NCBI GenBank assembly: GCA_047967505.1
Contig: CM106538.1
DNA: 64,000 nt
Reading direction: 5' to 3' (one strand)
DNA from: Dipteris shenzhenensis
Lineage: Eukaryota
Shown: piece by piece, positions 1 to 15,929 of the stretch
Layout of the letters: the number at the start of each line of letters is the position of its first letter
Position numbering within the stretch: the first letter of the stretch is position 1
Translations under genes and position numbers: made by a program
Notes under the pieces: generated by a model
What the model saw: only the letters and a program-made list of their open reading frames with translations
Database searches by the model: none
Told to the model about the DNA's origin: nothing

Positions 1-299
1 TTGTCATGGAGCTCCATTGGACTGGCGTGTTTGTTTTGACACTGAAAAGGTTCCTTTATACTATTCTATCATTTTTCCCTAAGAAGGATGGGAAGCTATC
101 GAGGTCAGTTTTGAAGGCGCTTAGTAGTTCTTTGATGGTTGTAGTTCCACCAGCATTTTGCATGTCACTATCCTCCACTTGGAATGTGAAGCCCGTTGTC
201 GGACCAACTTTTGCATTTTCTTTGGTTTGTTCAAGATATTGCATGATGTAGTCTATCTTATTGTTGTCTTCAGGGCTGGCAACTCAAATTCACTAGAAA

Positions 300-3200
300 A
301 GAGGCGGCTTACTTTAGCAGGGTGAGCACCCACCCTATCTAAAAGTTAACCTGCCTACCATGAATGTTGACAATGGAATACTTAATGAAACAACCAAATG
401 GTTGTGTTCCTATGTGGTAGTTGGAAACATTCACGGCCCTCGTCCTACCTTGGTGTTCGTAGAGGGATGGGTTGGCAATTTCTGGTCGCACAAAGGACTA
501 AATGTCACAACCATTCGCTTCCTCAGGAAGGAGTATATGGTTTTTCTGTTTGAGAAGTTCTACAAAGGTACATGGATGATCATGAACCAACCTTGCTCTA
601 TCCAGATGTGGGAACCCTCCTTTAATCTAGACTTACCTTCGCCTGCCAAAGCACCCATTTGGGTAGAGTTTCCAAACCTTCCGCCGTCGCTCTTCCCATA
701 GTTGGAAGTGCTTTGTTTCCCTCTTGGCCAGTTTTTTGGATTAGAAACCGAAAGATTCATAAGCCTTATAGGAAATCCACTAGCCTGTGTTCTGATGGAT
801 TTGTCTATAGATTCTCCCAATGCCATTTGATTGCTGGAGGGCGATAGGTCTGAATTAATACAAAAGGTGTTCTACAAGAATATCCCCAACTCATGTTTCC
901 TCTGTGGATTGGGTGGACACTTTATAAAAGTCTGTCCTACTCATAGCAATAATGGTAAAAAGAAGCAAGCTAAGAGTAGTAAGGAGCAAGAGGCACTAGA
1001 GAAGACAAGGGTAGAGGAGCCAACTCCTTCACCATAGGAATCAGAGTAAAGAGAGTCAGGTAGAGATAGAAAAGAAAGGTAAACAGATAGAGGAAGAGAG
1101 GACCATTGGAGAGAACATGGAAGACAATTTAGGAGAAGAGGATTTTGTCCCCAAAACATAGGATTTTGAAGCTCAATTAGAGCAAGCTGAACATGAAGCC
1201 ATTTCACAAAGATGAACAGCCTTTTGCTCTAGTGATGGGAAAAAGAACAATTCAACTTGAAAAAAGATTGAATAGCTCCCACCTAGATAACCCAACCAAG
1301 AAGAGTTTAGCAAAAAGAGAAAAGAGGAGGTTGTCTAGAGGCTTTGCGTTATACCCTTAAATGAGCCTGATCAACTTCAAGAATTTGAGGAATAAAAGCT
1401 CCACCCAATGATGAGTCAAAAAATAATTTGTGTCTTTCAGTAAAGATTCAGGGGTTATCTAATGACTTGAAGCCCCTAGTTTTCAAGAGATGGTTGAGGA
1501 CAAACAAGCTTTCCCCCTACTTCTTAGCTCTCCAAGAAGTCAAAGTTGGAGGAGCAAAGCTTCTCTAGCATCTAAAGTAGATCGATGACAAGAGAACATG
1601 GTTCACAAAAAATCATGATGAAGAGAGAGGAGGTGTAGTCATAGGTGTAGCAAATCACCTAGCTCAAGTTGTAGGAAGAGTTATACCGATTTTTGGCAAA
1701 TTCGGGCTTGGGGTGGAATTTGTTCACCCTAATCTCTCGTGCCATGCCTTCTCAGTGTATGCTGCAAATTTGGATAGAGACAGAGCTCTGTTGTGGGAAA
1801 CTTTTCGCTTGGCAGACAATGTGCTTTTACTTGGAGACTTTAATATGGTCGAGAGTAGAATGAAAAGATGGGTAGGGATAGGCAGTGTGATAGAGGCCAT
1901 GAACTGAATACATGGACTCACCTCAAAGAAAGGGTAGAACTGGTTGACATATTTGAAGACACTGCCTTTACTTGGACAAATAACCAAGTAGGACACCTCC
2001 ATAGAAAAGGACAATTGGAAAGAGCATATTGCTCGAAGAAAATAGTTGAGGAGGTGCTTTGTGTTAAGAGCAAAGCGCTGGTAATGCTCCCCTTCTCAGA
2101 CCACAAACCCATCTCCATAGTCCTGGAAAGGAAGAAAGGATCATTGGCCGCTCTTGGTTCAAGGCCAATCCTTTCTTTTTTCAACTCTCGTACATCAGGA
2201 ATAAGATTGTTAAAATTTGGCCTTGATGTAGCACAATGCCTTTGGGGGGATAGCTACTGCAACAGATAAATGGATCAGAGCCACGGATAGGACAAAAGTA
2301 TTCTTAAAAGCAGTCAAACATAGAGATGAAAAAGCCAGATCTCTTACAACTCAAAAGCTTGCAGATCAACTGGCTCTCCTTGAACGGGACAACACTGATA
2401 AGGGACAAAGAAAAATGAGGACAGTTTGAGCTAAACTTAGAGTAGAAGCAGAAATAGCAGCCAACTAGGCCAACATTTACACTTGGGATTGGTCGGTGGG
2501 AAGAGTAGATAAGGCTAATGAGGATATGTTCAAAAGCCTAAGGAAAAAACATGCTAAAGAATCCCTAGAGGCTCTTTAAGTTAAAGACAGACTCATCCAA
2601 GACCCGGTTGAAGTCCTTGAGGCAAAGTCAAAACACATTAATCAGCTGTCAGGAGAGGAGGAGATCATCACAATAGAAAAGGCTATAGCTCAAGGGAAAT
2701 GATCCAAAGTAAGAGAAAGAAAATTCTCCTCTTTTGATAGAATCTATCTAGATAGAGACCTCACCTTAGAGGAACTGAAAGGTGCAATAGATCAAATGGG
2801 GAAGGGTAAGACACTAGGAGAAGATGGCCTCCCTATAGAATTTTATCAAGTATTCTGGGAAACGGTAGCCCCTATCTCATGATGCTCTGGAAAGACTCCA
2901 AAGAGAAAGGGTTTTTAGACCCAAGAATAAAATAGGCATGATGAAACTTATCCTTAAGGGTAGCCCAAAAGAGGAACTAAAGAATTGGAGACCGTTGACC
3001 ATGCTGAATTGTAGCTATAAGATCTTGCAAAAGCATTCATTCAAGGATAAAAAAGGCTTCATTCAAGGAAGACATATCCTAGAAACTATCCTCGCCTTGT
3101 GGGAAGGACTTGAATTGGCTGAGGAGACTCAGCAGGACAAATGCTTTCTCAAAGTTGACTTTGACAAAGTGTATGATAGAATGGAATGGGGTTTTATTTT

Positions 3201-4044
3201 GTCCTCCCTCAAGGACATGGAAGCTGGTCCTAGATTTATGTAGAAATTATACTATGTCAAGCTAGAAGCAAAGTCGAAGTAAATGGTAGAACGACACAAC
3301 CCTTTGGGTTTAAAAGATCAATCACACAAGGCTGCCCATTAGCTCCTCTACTCTTTGCTATAGCTGCAAATGCATTAGGATGGATGGTTAAGGATGAATT
3401 AGACAAGGGCAATGTAAAAGGAATACAGGTGGAAGGGGACAGACAGATTATGTGCCAACAATTTGCAGAAGACACAAGTCTAGCACCACACAATGATGAA
3501 GAGTCAGTAAGAGTCATGCTGGAATGTCTAAATACTTTTTGTATGGCCTCGAGATCCAAAGTTAATCATGATAAGATGGGGATATATGGCACCTTGAGCC
3601 CTCCCCCCCTTTTTCTTTATAGCAAGGGTTGTAAAGAGATAAAAAAACTGAGAGGTTTTCACACTACTGGGAACAGGAGGCCTAGGAATTGTAGATGTGG
3701 AGAAATCTATGGCCAGATTCATGGCTCAATGGATCATCAAGGCGGTGCAGAGTCCGAAAAAGATTTGGGCCTACTTAATCCTCAGAAATATTAGCAAGGT
3801 CAAGGTTGATAGGTGCAAGCATTGGAAACACCCTCCTATAGGTTCAGACCTCTATGGTAAGAAACTCTACATAGGAATGGGGTTAGACTTATAGAAAGGT
3901 ATGTGGTCAGCTTGGGACTCTTTGAGACCTTACGTAATTCGTAAGGGATTCTCTGGGATAACAGGTACCTTTTCATCCAAGGACTCAATTTGTTTTTCAG
4001 CCATTTGGACAAATGAGATGCTCTAAGGTCTTTGGTAATGTGCT
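300..4044 (+). mobile_element. Degenerate L1-type LINE retrotransposon (ORF1 DUF4283/zinc knuckle; ORF2 endonuclease + reverse transcriptase)
   Basis: ORF1 fragments with PIWVEFPNLP (360-701) and CFLCGLGGHFIKVC knuckle (831-1037). Endonuclease motifs LLGDFN and SDHKPI (1713-2150). RT motifs NWRPLTMLN, KVDFDKVYDRMEW, QGCPLAPLLF, QFAED (2938-3560). Many stops and frameshifts; cut at ~4044 by an LTR. Confidence 0.9.
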
Positions 4045-5450
4045 TGTTGATTCTAGTGAAATCGTGATGAATTTATGGTTGATCATAGGAAAGAGGTGCA
4101 AATCTTGAGATGATCTCCAGACTGCAGTAGCAAATCCAGGAATGCTGCAAGAAGGATGAATAGTTCACGAAGAAAGAGACTAGCCTATTAGCACAGATGC
4201 AACAATAGGTGGGAAAGAAGATATGCCCTCGGACTCCACCCCTCAATTGGTACTCTCACATGGCCAGACAATGCCGACAGCCAAGAACACTGAGCCTTCT
4301 TTCTCCTTCCTCGTGCTTGTGAAGATAGTGGGAGAGAAGGAAGGAGTCTCACTTGTGGCTTTCTCACATACACAATGGGGAATACACACAAAGGTGGAGG
4401 CTGAAAATAGTTTTCCTCTTCTTAGTTGTGAAAGCCAAAAGAACTCTAGTACAAAGAAATAGGAGAATCCTATATGTGAGTCTCAAACCAAACTCAGCTA
4501 ACTAAGGTGGCATACTAACTGATCCACGAACTAGAGTACATAAGGATAGCTATCATCCAGCTATTATTCATGGGCGGTGTACCAACTGCATCTGCAGCTA
4601 ACAAGTCGGTGACATAAATGCACAACGGTCACCCTGGCATATCACGAGTGGAGCTCGATATCTCAACACTCCCCCTCGAGCTCAATCCCAATTCCTGCAC
4701 ACCAAGCAGGTCTCTGAACTTGCGCAACTTCTCTGCGCCCAATGCCTTCGTGAATATGTTAGCTACCTGATCCTCTGTGCTGACATAAATTAGATCAATA
4801 AGACCTAGTAAAACCTTCTCCCACACATAGTGATAATGCACCTCAATGTGCTTTGTTCTAGCATGATAGACTGGGTTATTTACCAAGTGTATACTGCTCA
4901 TGTTGTCACAATAAATGACAACTGGCCCATCTGTAGACTGATGCATATCATAGAGTAGCTTATGCAACCAAGCTACCTCACATGCAGCCATTGTTGCACC
5001 CTTGTACTCAGCCACTGTGCTCGACAAGGCAACTGTAGGCTGTTTCTTGCTGCTCCAAGTGACTAGTACTGCAGCACTCCCAAAAGAGAACATATATCCA
5101 CTGGTAGATCTTCTATCAGAAATACTACCAGCCCACAGTGTATCCATGCAACTATATCTGAACCCCAGTCTCATAAAATAGTCCATACTGCAATGTGGAC
5201 TTCACATACCTGAGTATGTGTCTAGCTGCATCCAAATGCGGTTTCCTTGGAGCCTGCATAAACTGACTTACCAATCCAACAGCATAGCTCAAATCTGGCT
5301 TGGTAATAGTCATATAAATCAAACTTCCTACTATGCGTCTGTACATAGTAGGGTCTTCCAGAAGCTCACTTGCATCTGCGCTCAGCTTCACATTCTGCTC
5401 CAAAGGAACTGAAATAGGCTTACAGCATGTCATCCCCTATTTGGACAAAG
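4045..5450 (-). mobile_element. Truncated Ty1/Copia: RT C-terminus/RNase H, PPT and 3' LTR
   Basis: ORFs 5152-5433 (YRRIVGSLIY..PDLSYAVG) and 4629-5186 (RRSTSGY, SKKQPTVALSS, HARTKHIEVHYH). PPT GAGGGGGAG on the minus strand at ~4669-4677. LTR 4045-4668 with TGTTGA...TCAACA termini. Confidence 0.88.
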
Positions 5451-5825
5451 GTATTGCATTTATAATTTGATTAGTTGTACTTGATGCCATATGATAGTGT
5501 GTAGAGTCCTGTGCGCCGCCCCTCTCCCTCGCATTGCGTTTACAAATAGATACCCCTCATTCCTTAATTTACCCCAAGAACCTGTTGCATAGGGTTACTC
5601 CTACCCCCAATCTTACCTCATGCTTACCTTGATCCCCCACAACCTATCGCATGTGCAACAATTGTATTCATGCTCATAGTTAAAATATCAAAAGTACAAA
5701 ATAGTATATTGGAAAAACATTTCTTGTACAAGTATGATTTACAAGTATCATAAATAAGAAATAAATCATACGAAACATAATAGAAATATATCTAAATGGT
5801 GTGGTTTAACATAAGAAAATGACGA

Positions 5826-5938
5826 GCACGTGCACACGTGTGCACGCGCACATGTGTGTGTGCACGCACGCATGCATGTGGGTGTGTGGGCATGCGCATG
5901 TGCATGTGCATGATTGTGTGTGTGCGTGCATGCATGCC
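5826..5938. repeat. Alternating purine-pyrimidine tract (TG/CA/CG mix)
   Basis: gcacgtgcacacgtgtgcacgcgcacatgtgtgtg... read directly. Confidence 0.8.
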
Positions 5939-7441
5939 TATTCCACTTTTCCTAAATATGAATTTTGTTTACTTAAATAATGTATTATAATATTAAAAAA
6001 GTTTATAAGGACCTTTTCTAGAGAATCTCCATCTTGTTATGAGATTTATCCATTCAAAATGAGAGTTTTTTTTAATATATTGATATCTAACCTTTCGGCT
6101 ATGCTCACCTAGAGTCCTATATGTTTTCCAAAGTTAGTATGTTATTTTGGGAGAGCTTGGAAAATAGTATTGTACAATGGATTCATTAGCTTTAGATGTT
6201 CCATGGTTCAACTTTGTAATTGGACATTATACAAGTCCAACATTATTAAACACTTGGTCTTTTCTAAAACTCATTTTAAAAATTCCTTTTATAAGTGTGA
6301 TTAAATAAAAAAAGTGTGAAATCTCCTAATATATGCTAAGTTTTAGCATGCACATGATCTTAGTGCCTTTTATAGTTTCTAATGTAGTATTGCATTGAGA
6401 CTCTTATCTGCATTTTAGGATATAAAGTTTCCATGCCAAGTTAGCAAATTTATGAAAGTCCTCTTTAATAAAGTTTTCTTTCTTGATACATAATCTGTAC
6501 GAAATTGATTCTTGGAATAGTTTTGAGAATTTATTTGAATAGCTTTAATTTATAAGAAAGGTGGTTTCATGAGTATTATTTGGAAAAAGAATTGCAAGTA
6601 TGAATGGCTAACATTTGTTTGATGTCAGATTTCAAATCAAGCTTCTCAATCTCAAGTGGTTTTGAGTGTATAGTTCTCAATTGACTCCAAAAATTTTATT
6701 TATTTGCCTCCAAATAATATGCAAAAGCCCACTAGGGAAGGCCCTTAACTTCATAACTTAAATACCATTGTGTATGTGTGTGTGTGTAAGAGAGAGAGAG
6801 AGAGAGAGAGAGATTCTATTATCACCATCCCTAATATCTAAGAGTACCTCTCACAAATCATTGGGGTGTGAAAGAGATGATGCTCTTTAGTTGATTAGAA
6901 AGAGATGCCCTTCAATCTAAGTGTACCTCTCACGAATTACTTGCTTCCTATTGGGATGAGAAGGAGATGCCCTTCAATTGAATAAGGGGGGACATAGGAT
7001 GGAAGCTTCCTTGAAGTTGATCTTTTTTGCAAACTCATGGATTCTTGTAGAAGAGAGTCTAGGGCAACAATTTTGAAGCAAATCATACAAAAGGATTGCA
7101 TCAATGATTAGGTCATCATTAAGCAAGATCCCTCCTCAATAGTGATGCTCTATGTCCCAGTTGTGTGGGTCTTGCATGTAGGCCTGGGACTTGCATGTAC
7201 GCCCTTGTTTTTTAATTTGACACGATGTGTAAATGCTTGCTTTCCTTGCACGGAGGAGACAAACCCATTAAAGGACTGATAGTCTTTGCATATCACCTTC
7301 ATCACAGCAGAGCTTCTTCCACATTCATCACAGTGGAGCTTCCCAGTCACAACTACTCATCATCTTCATCACAGTAGAGCTTCCCATTTCCCAACTACTC
7401 AGTCCACCGCCTGCTTCTTCCTTCTCCACCCTTACCTTAGC

Positions 7442-8866
<1,425 letters not shown>

Positions 8867-9840
8867 GCGATGCTGAATGCTAGGGAAGTGGAGGAGGATG
8901 CTTGTACGCATACCAAGCTCATTGAAGTGTTGAAGGATGTTGGATGTATCGTCGCCGAGGACGCCCGTGGTGGCGGGTTCACCCAGATTCTGACCTTGCA
9001 ACGTGAGGAAAATAGAGGAGGTTACCTAAATCTCTTAATGCCAACCTCGATCGTCGGTGTTCTCATAGGGACATAGTAATAAGCTTGAATCGTAAATGTG
9101 CTTGCAATTAGATTTATCTTTCAATAATAAGTCTCTAATATCTTTTTTTGGTAAAATATAATTCTGATTTTTGGACCCATTGTGGGTCTATTGTTGGTTT
9201 ATTCTTGGACCTTCCTTGGGTTTCTGTTTGGCTTGTAGAGTGGGAAGGGTATAGTGATGGTTCTCATCGTGTGTTGCAACGGAGGGCAGGTTTTAGGTGT
9301 CTGTGGGAGCCATTAGCAAAGGATTGAATGCATTCGCAACACATGCAAGCATTGCAATTTGAAGTTGAAGAAGAAGACATTCAATGTCTATCCAAATGAA
9401 ATGAGGGAAGACAACCATGTTGCTCTAAAATGGAGGAGATTTGAAAATGTTAATGTTGAAGGATCCAATAAATAGAGATGGCTATTGCATGTTTCCATTG
9501 ACGCCATGGCCATGATCAGTCCAGAATAAACCCAGAGAACCTAGCTGCCTGGTAAGACAAGCAAAGAATAAAAGACAACTTACCCAAAAGAAGACAATGG
9601 AAAACCAAAATCTACGCAAGGTCATGTCGAGGTGTGTGCGGGTTGCAGGGCGGGGACAGGTTGCAGGTACTTGATCTTCCAAGATTTAATGGGCAGGAGG
9701 TGTGAAAATTCAAAATTTATGGGGGTAACAAAATTTTAGTTGCTAGTTTTCCCCCCTCTGGCGATACGTGTGAACAGAATTGGATATACCAAACAAGTGT
9801 AATGTGGCCTAAAATGCTTCAAAACACAAATAGGCCAAAG

Positions 9841-10011
9841 TGTGGGGATTAAAGGGCATTGTGCCTTTAGCCCGGTTATGTACAATACTCAAACACATAT
9901 ATAAATAAATGAAAAAGAAGATTAGGGTGGTTTTGCACCCACCAAAACTTGTGTGGCTCTCTGTCTCTCTTGCTCCCTCTTCCATTCTTACTTCTGTTGA
10001 GAGCACTCTCA
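9841..10011 (+). repeat. 5' LTR of Copia (171 bp)
   Basis: TG...CA termini, followed by PBS; about 90% identical (manual count) to 23558-23723. Confidence 0.9.
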
Positions 10012-11786
10012 ATTGATATCAGAGCCCGGGTGATCTAGCTGAGCGTGTGTGAATGCCTGAAAGCTCAGCAGCTCTATGGGAGGAAGGAGAAGCTCTGTGG
10101 GATGCTTTGTGGGTGACTTTACTTGCATCCGAGTGTGTAGAGACCTTGGAGGAACCTTTGGAAAAGTCACTTGTGTCTTTCCTTTGACTTCTTTACTCGT
10201 TGTCATGTTGAGAATGTGGACAGCCACATTGACTATTGACTTGTAGAGGCAACTATTGCTTGCTTTTGGTATCCACTTCACTTTAGAAGCTTGGAAACAC
10301 CTTCATTCTTGAATCTGGGATCATTTCATTGGAATTCTGACTCACTGTGTCAGTTTCTGCGTTTTTCTGCTCGGGTGTTGGAACTCAAGTTTAGAGCGAC
10401 CATTTGCAGATCTGTCAGTTCCGGTGGACTCAAGAGGTCCTAAAACTTCTATGTTGCTCATCATTCGTACTCCGATGGAGTTTACAAACAGCTCTGTTTC
10501 CAAAAACGTTTTTCAGTCCGTGTGTTGGACCCAATGATTGAGACTACGGTTTTCAAAACCGTCCATCCCATTGCATTCCCAAAGCCCAAAAACCCCTACC
10601 TGTCAGTTCTTACGTGATTCGGTGAAGGATTTTCAGAGTTATAGATCTCTGTGTATTCGATTTCATCTCTCTATTATGCATTTTTCATTCTAAGGTTTTG
10701 AAACCTTAGATTTATGCCACATGGCAGTGGATAAGTGTTGACTCCCATTTCTCACTCATTGGTTGGGATTTTGGAGTTCCGACAGAAGAGAGATATTTGC
10801 AAATTTTCTTACTGAGTCCGATTATGCAATGGCGCCCATGTTTGGAGGCATTTCAGGTTCTATTTTCAGTAGCGGTCATTATCGTGGGACTATGATTTCT
10901 TGAGCATACCTTATGCAGATCACTCTAGTTGCAGTTTGAGCAGTGTTGTGCACTCATTCGTGGTGTGCATTGGGTTGCAGTGGATGATTTATAGGCCATT
11001 TGGATGCATTGCGGTCCTTTGGATGTGCTGATAGGCCTAAATTGCCTTGTGGGATGCTATTTTTTATAGACGCTTTGCACATGGATGCTATTTTATGCTG
11101 AGGGACAGCTTTGACACATTGCAGGTGATGCATTGATAGTGCTATGCTCTCTTGGATGAGATATTATTAATGCATATGCCAGTGGACGGTGTTTATGCTT
11201 GAGTCATTTGGCAGATGGCATTTTCTTTTAGGTCATATTTGCTCATATGGATACATAGTACATGCACATGAGTCAGATGCTTTGAGACATGAGTTTTTGT
11301 GATATTTCACTCTATTGTGGCATACACATTTAGGTGCACCTGGTATTTGGTGTGATTCTCTTTTGTAGGCACTAGCAGTTGGGATTTTTGCTTCATTTGC
11401 ATGATGGCATCCTCTTCCATGTTTGAAAAGTAGTTTTTTAGCATTAAAAAGTTTGATGAGACAAACTTTTCTTTGTGGAAAGAACAGATAAGTGATGTGC
11501 TTATTCAAAAGAAGCAGATTAAACCCTTGGCAGCGATTGAAACTAAGCCTGCAATATGTCTGAGGATGATTGGAATGAGTTGGATGCATTAGCAAAGTCT
11601 ACTATTAGACTTTATCTTGCAGAGTCAGTTTCTTTCACAGTAGTAAATGAGCAAACTACGGAAGATTTGTGGAAGAACTATGTGCCACTTATGAGAAAGA
11701 AACTCCTCTAATAAAGTTTACCTCATGAAGAGATTGTTTGAGCTACAAATGAAGGAAGGGGTCTCCATTGCTTCTAACTTGAATGA

Positions 11787-12084
11787 ATTCAATATTATTT
11801 TCAGGCAGCTTCAGGCTTAGAAGATAAATTTTGATGCAGAGACTAAGGCAATATTTCTCTTATGTTCATTGCCATCCTCATGGGATACCTTGCGTACAGC
11901 TATCAGTAACTCTGCACCTGGTGGAGTACTGAAATTCAATATTATTTTCAGGCAGCTTCAGGCTTAGAAGATAAATTTTGATGCAGAGACTAAGGCAATA
12001 TTTCTCTTATGTTCATTGCCATCCTCATGGGATACCTTGCGTACAGCTATTAGTAACTCTACACCTGGTGGAGTACTGAAATTT
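11787..12084 (+). repeat. 147-bp tandem duplication inside Copia gag
   Basis: attattttcaggcagc at 11794 and 11941. Confidence 0.93.
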
Positions 12085-13614
12085 TATGATGTTGTGGGTA
12101 GCTTATTGGCCGAGGAGATTAGACAGAAGTCTATGGATGGCAACAAGCATGATGCATCCTTAAATGTGCAAAGGGGCAAATCACAGTTCAGGGGGAAGTC
12201 CAAAGAAAGAGGGAAGTCTCGTAGCAAATCCAAGGCACGAAACATTGAGTGTTACCACTATGGCAAGAAGCTAGGTCATATGAAAAAGAGAGCAAAAGGA
12301 TAAGAAAAAGAATGCAAATTGGGGTGCAAATCAAAAGAAAGAGAGTCCAAGGGAGGACAAAGAAAAAGTGAAGATCGAGGAAATCAATGCAGTCACACAT
12401 GATAGTGACAATGACGTTCTCTTCATGTCCAGTTTATCTGCAGAGTTGCTTACCACTTCAGATGATGCATATTCCCAAGATTAGCTTTTGGATTCTGGTG
12501 CTTCATTCCATGTTACTCCCCATAGGGAATGGTTCTCCACTTATGACAGTGGAAAGACAGGTTGTGTGCATCTTGGAAATGACTATGCATGTGACATAGT
12601 GGGAGTAGGTGACATAAAGCTTTATTTTGCAAATGGGTCTGCATTTATTTTGAAACATGTGAGACATGTGCCTAACTTGACCAAGAGTCTTATTTCACTG
12701 GGTCAGCTAGATGATGCTGGTTCTCACACCACTTTTGGCTTTCAGAGTTGGAAAATTCAGAAGGGCTCTATGCTTTTGGCCAGGGGTACGAACTATAGGA
12801 CTTTGTATTCCTTACATGTATCAGGGGTATTTGATCATGTTGTTGCAATAACCGAGCAACCAAGCACTTCTTTGTGGCATTGCAGATCGGGGCACATGAG
12901 TCAGAATGGAATGAAACTCTTATGCCGTTTGGGTTATGTACCGCATTTGAGTTTCTCTAATTTTGAATTTTGTGAGCACTATCTCTATGGGAAGTAGACT
13001 AAATCAGCCCATAAAAGAAGAGGAAAGAAAGAGTTTGAAAAGCTTGATTTGGTGCATTCAGACGTATGTGGTCCCATGCCTACACGGTCATTAGGCGGGG
13101 CTGAATACTATGTGATATTCATTGATGATGCAACTAGAAAAGTGTGGGCTTATGCTATAGCTCAGAAGAGTGATGTGTTCTAGGTATTTCAGAAATTGCT
13201 AGCCTTGGTTGAGAATCAGTCATGTAGAACACTTAAATGCCTATGGACTGACAATGGTGGAGAGTATCTCTCTCATGACTTTCAGCATTTCTATGATACA
13301 CGTGGAATTAAGAGGGAGCTCACATCCCCTCATACTCCAGAGCAAAATCCAGTTGTAGAAAAGATGAACCGTACCATTCAAGAAAGGTTGCAATGCATGC
13401 TTTCCAATGTAAGTCTTTCTGGTGGTTTTTGGGCTGAGGCAATGAAGATTGTAGTGCATGTGATCAATAGATCACCTAGTAAGAGTTTAAATGGTGGTAT
13501 TCTTAAAGAGGCATGGAGTGGCAAGAAGCCCTCTTACTCTCATTTGTGTATATTTAGATGTGAGGCATATGCACATGTGCCAAAAGAGCTTCGAAAGAAG
13601 CTAGATCCCAAGTC

Positions 13615-14120
13615 TAGGAAATGCATCTTTCTGAGTTATGGTAAAAGTGGAGAGATGGGCTATCGTCTCTGGGATCTAGAAGCAAAGAAGATCATACGTA
13701 GCCCTTATGTAGTCTTCAATGAGAAGAAGATGCATAAGACACCCATGAGGGATGTGGAAATGAGGAGAATCACTTTCCAGGATGTGAATCCACCTGCATA
13801 TGTTAATAGATAGCAAGTTGTCCATGCACCAAATCTGCAAGAAATGGTATCACCAAGTAATCCCATAGGAAATGCATCTTTCTGAGTTATGGTAAAAGTG
13901 GAGAGATGGGCTATCGTCTCTAGGATCTAGAAGTAAAGAAGATCATACACAGCCCTTATGTAGTCTTCAATGAGAAGAAGATGCATAAGGCACCCATGAG
14001 GGATGTAAAAATGAGGAGAATCACTTTCCAGGATGTGAATCCACCTGCATATGTTAATAGATAGCAAGTTGTCCATGCACCAAATCTGCAAGAAATGGTA
14101 TCACCAAGTAATCCCATAGG
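13615..14120 (+). repeat. 251-bp tandem duplication at the end of Copia integrase
   Basis: taggaaatgcatctttctgag at 13615 and 13866. Confidence 0.93.
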
Positions 14121-14923
14121 TATACAATCAAGGGTAGATGATGGATCATCTATTAGTGGAAATGATCAGCCAAATGTGGCTGATATGTAGGTGGGACAGC
14201 AAGCTGAAATGCCCTTGAGAAGATCATCTAGAGTGTTTAGACCACCTGATAGGTTTGTTCCAGGGATAGACTATGTGATGCTTACTAATTGCAGGGAGCC
14301 TTCTTGCTACAGAGAGACTATGATGCACGAGGATCAATGCAAGTGGGAGTATGCTATGCAATCAGAGATGAGTTCACTTATAAAGAATAAGACTTGGGAC
14401 TTGGTTTCTTTGCCACATGGAAAGAAAGCATTGCCATGTAAATGGGTCTACAAAATGAAGGTCACAGGTGATGATGTGCCTAGGTATAAGGCCCGTTTGG
14501 TTGCTAAAGGGTTCAAGCAAGAGAAGGGTATGGACTTTGATGAGATATTCTTTCCAGTTGTGAAGATGACCACACTTAGATGCATGCTTGGACTAGTGGC
14601 ATCAGAGGATATGGAGCTTATATAGATGGATGTCAAGATAGCTTTCTTGCATAGGGATTTGCATGAGGAAATTTACATGGTGCAGCTGGAGGGCTTTGAA
14701 GAAAAGGGCAAAGAGCATTTAGTTTGGAAGCTGAAGAAGAGTCTCTATGGTCTTAAGCAAGTGCCTAGAGAATGGTATCAGAAGTTTGATGCTTTTATTC
14801 GGTCCTAAGGTTTTAGAAGAAGTGAAATTGATCACTACCTCTACATTAAAAGGGCTAAGGATAATAGCCTGATAATCTTGGCACTATATGTGGATGATAT
14901 GCTATTGGCTAGCAAGAATACTC

Positions 14924-15169
14924 CTCGGGGGGGTCACTATGTATAAACCCTCTATATCACGTGTGTTCAAGGCCTATTTCTAAAATCCTTTATCTATAAA
15001 TTTTTCATTAATAAAATGTACCCCTTTTCTATACAAGTCTATAAATTTTTCCCAAAACTATTTTAAATAGTCCCTTATGTATATTTATTTCTGTAAATTT
15101 TAGAAATAAAAAATATCCTTCTATTGAACTCACGTGATAGGGTTACATATGATGAGTGACCCCCCCGAG
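14924..15169. mobile_element. MITE (~246 bp) inserted in the Copia RT
   Basis: TIR CTCGGGGGGGTCAC...GTGACCCCCCCGAG extending imperfectly ~50 bp; AT-rich core; GAATACTC repeated at 14916-14923 and 15170-15177. Removal restores YVDDMLLASKNTHELDALK. Confidence 0.92.
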
Positions 15170-15929
15170 GAATACTCATGAGCTAGATGCATTAAAGGCC
15201 AAGTTGTATGAGGCCTTTGATATGAAGGATTTGGGACTTACAGGTCATATTCTTGGTATGTGCATCACGCATGATCAGAGTAGGAAACTCCTTTGGCTTT
15301 CACAAAAAGAGTATGTTACAAAAGTATTGCAGCGCACAACAAGACAAAGCACCCATAGACGCGCACATAGACATGTTTACTGAACTAAATAAAAAACTTA
15401 CGGGCGCGTCTATTTACGCATCTATTTTCACGTCTAGAGACCCATGTCTACCAGTGCGTCTATATAGCAGACACACGCACGTATAGACACACATTTAGAT
15501 GCTTAAATAGACGCTCTTATAAATGCGTTTATAGACGTAAAAATAGACGCTTGTGGAACAGACAGACACATATATAGACGCATTTGTAGATGCACTAATA
15601 GACGTGCTTTATAATTTTTTTTTAAAATTTACAGAATGCTGTGTATGTTGTGTATGCTATATAGTTACAAGAATCCCATTTTCACATTGTGTAATTCAAT
15701 TCTTATAGCCAACCGCATTTTAATTACAATTCCAAATAAAACATTACAACTCTAAAACATAATAAAATTGAAAGCTCAAAAAGTGCTTGTATGTACATAT
15801 AGCATGAAGCTAAGCCACGTCATGTGGCTTCAAGTACAAAAAATAAGAGGAGTGTATATACAAGAGGCACGAAGCCAAGACAGTGGCTTTAAGTATAAAA
15901 AAGGGTAGCTAGCACTACTTCTACGACTA

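Noticed and set aside
8867-9076. PPR-like tail fused to OPR
   Set aside because: Only vague resemblance over ~25 aa, and it lies downstream of a premature stop
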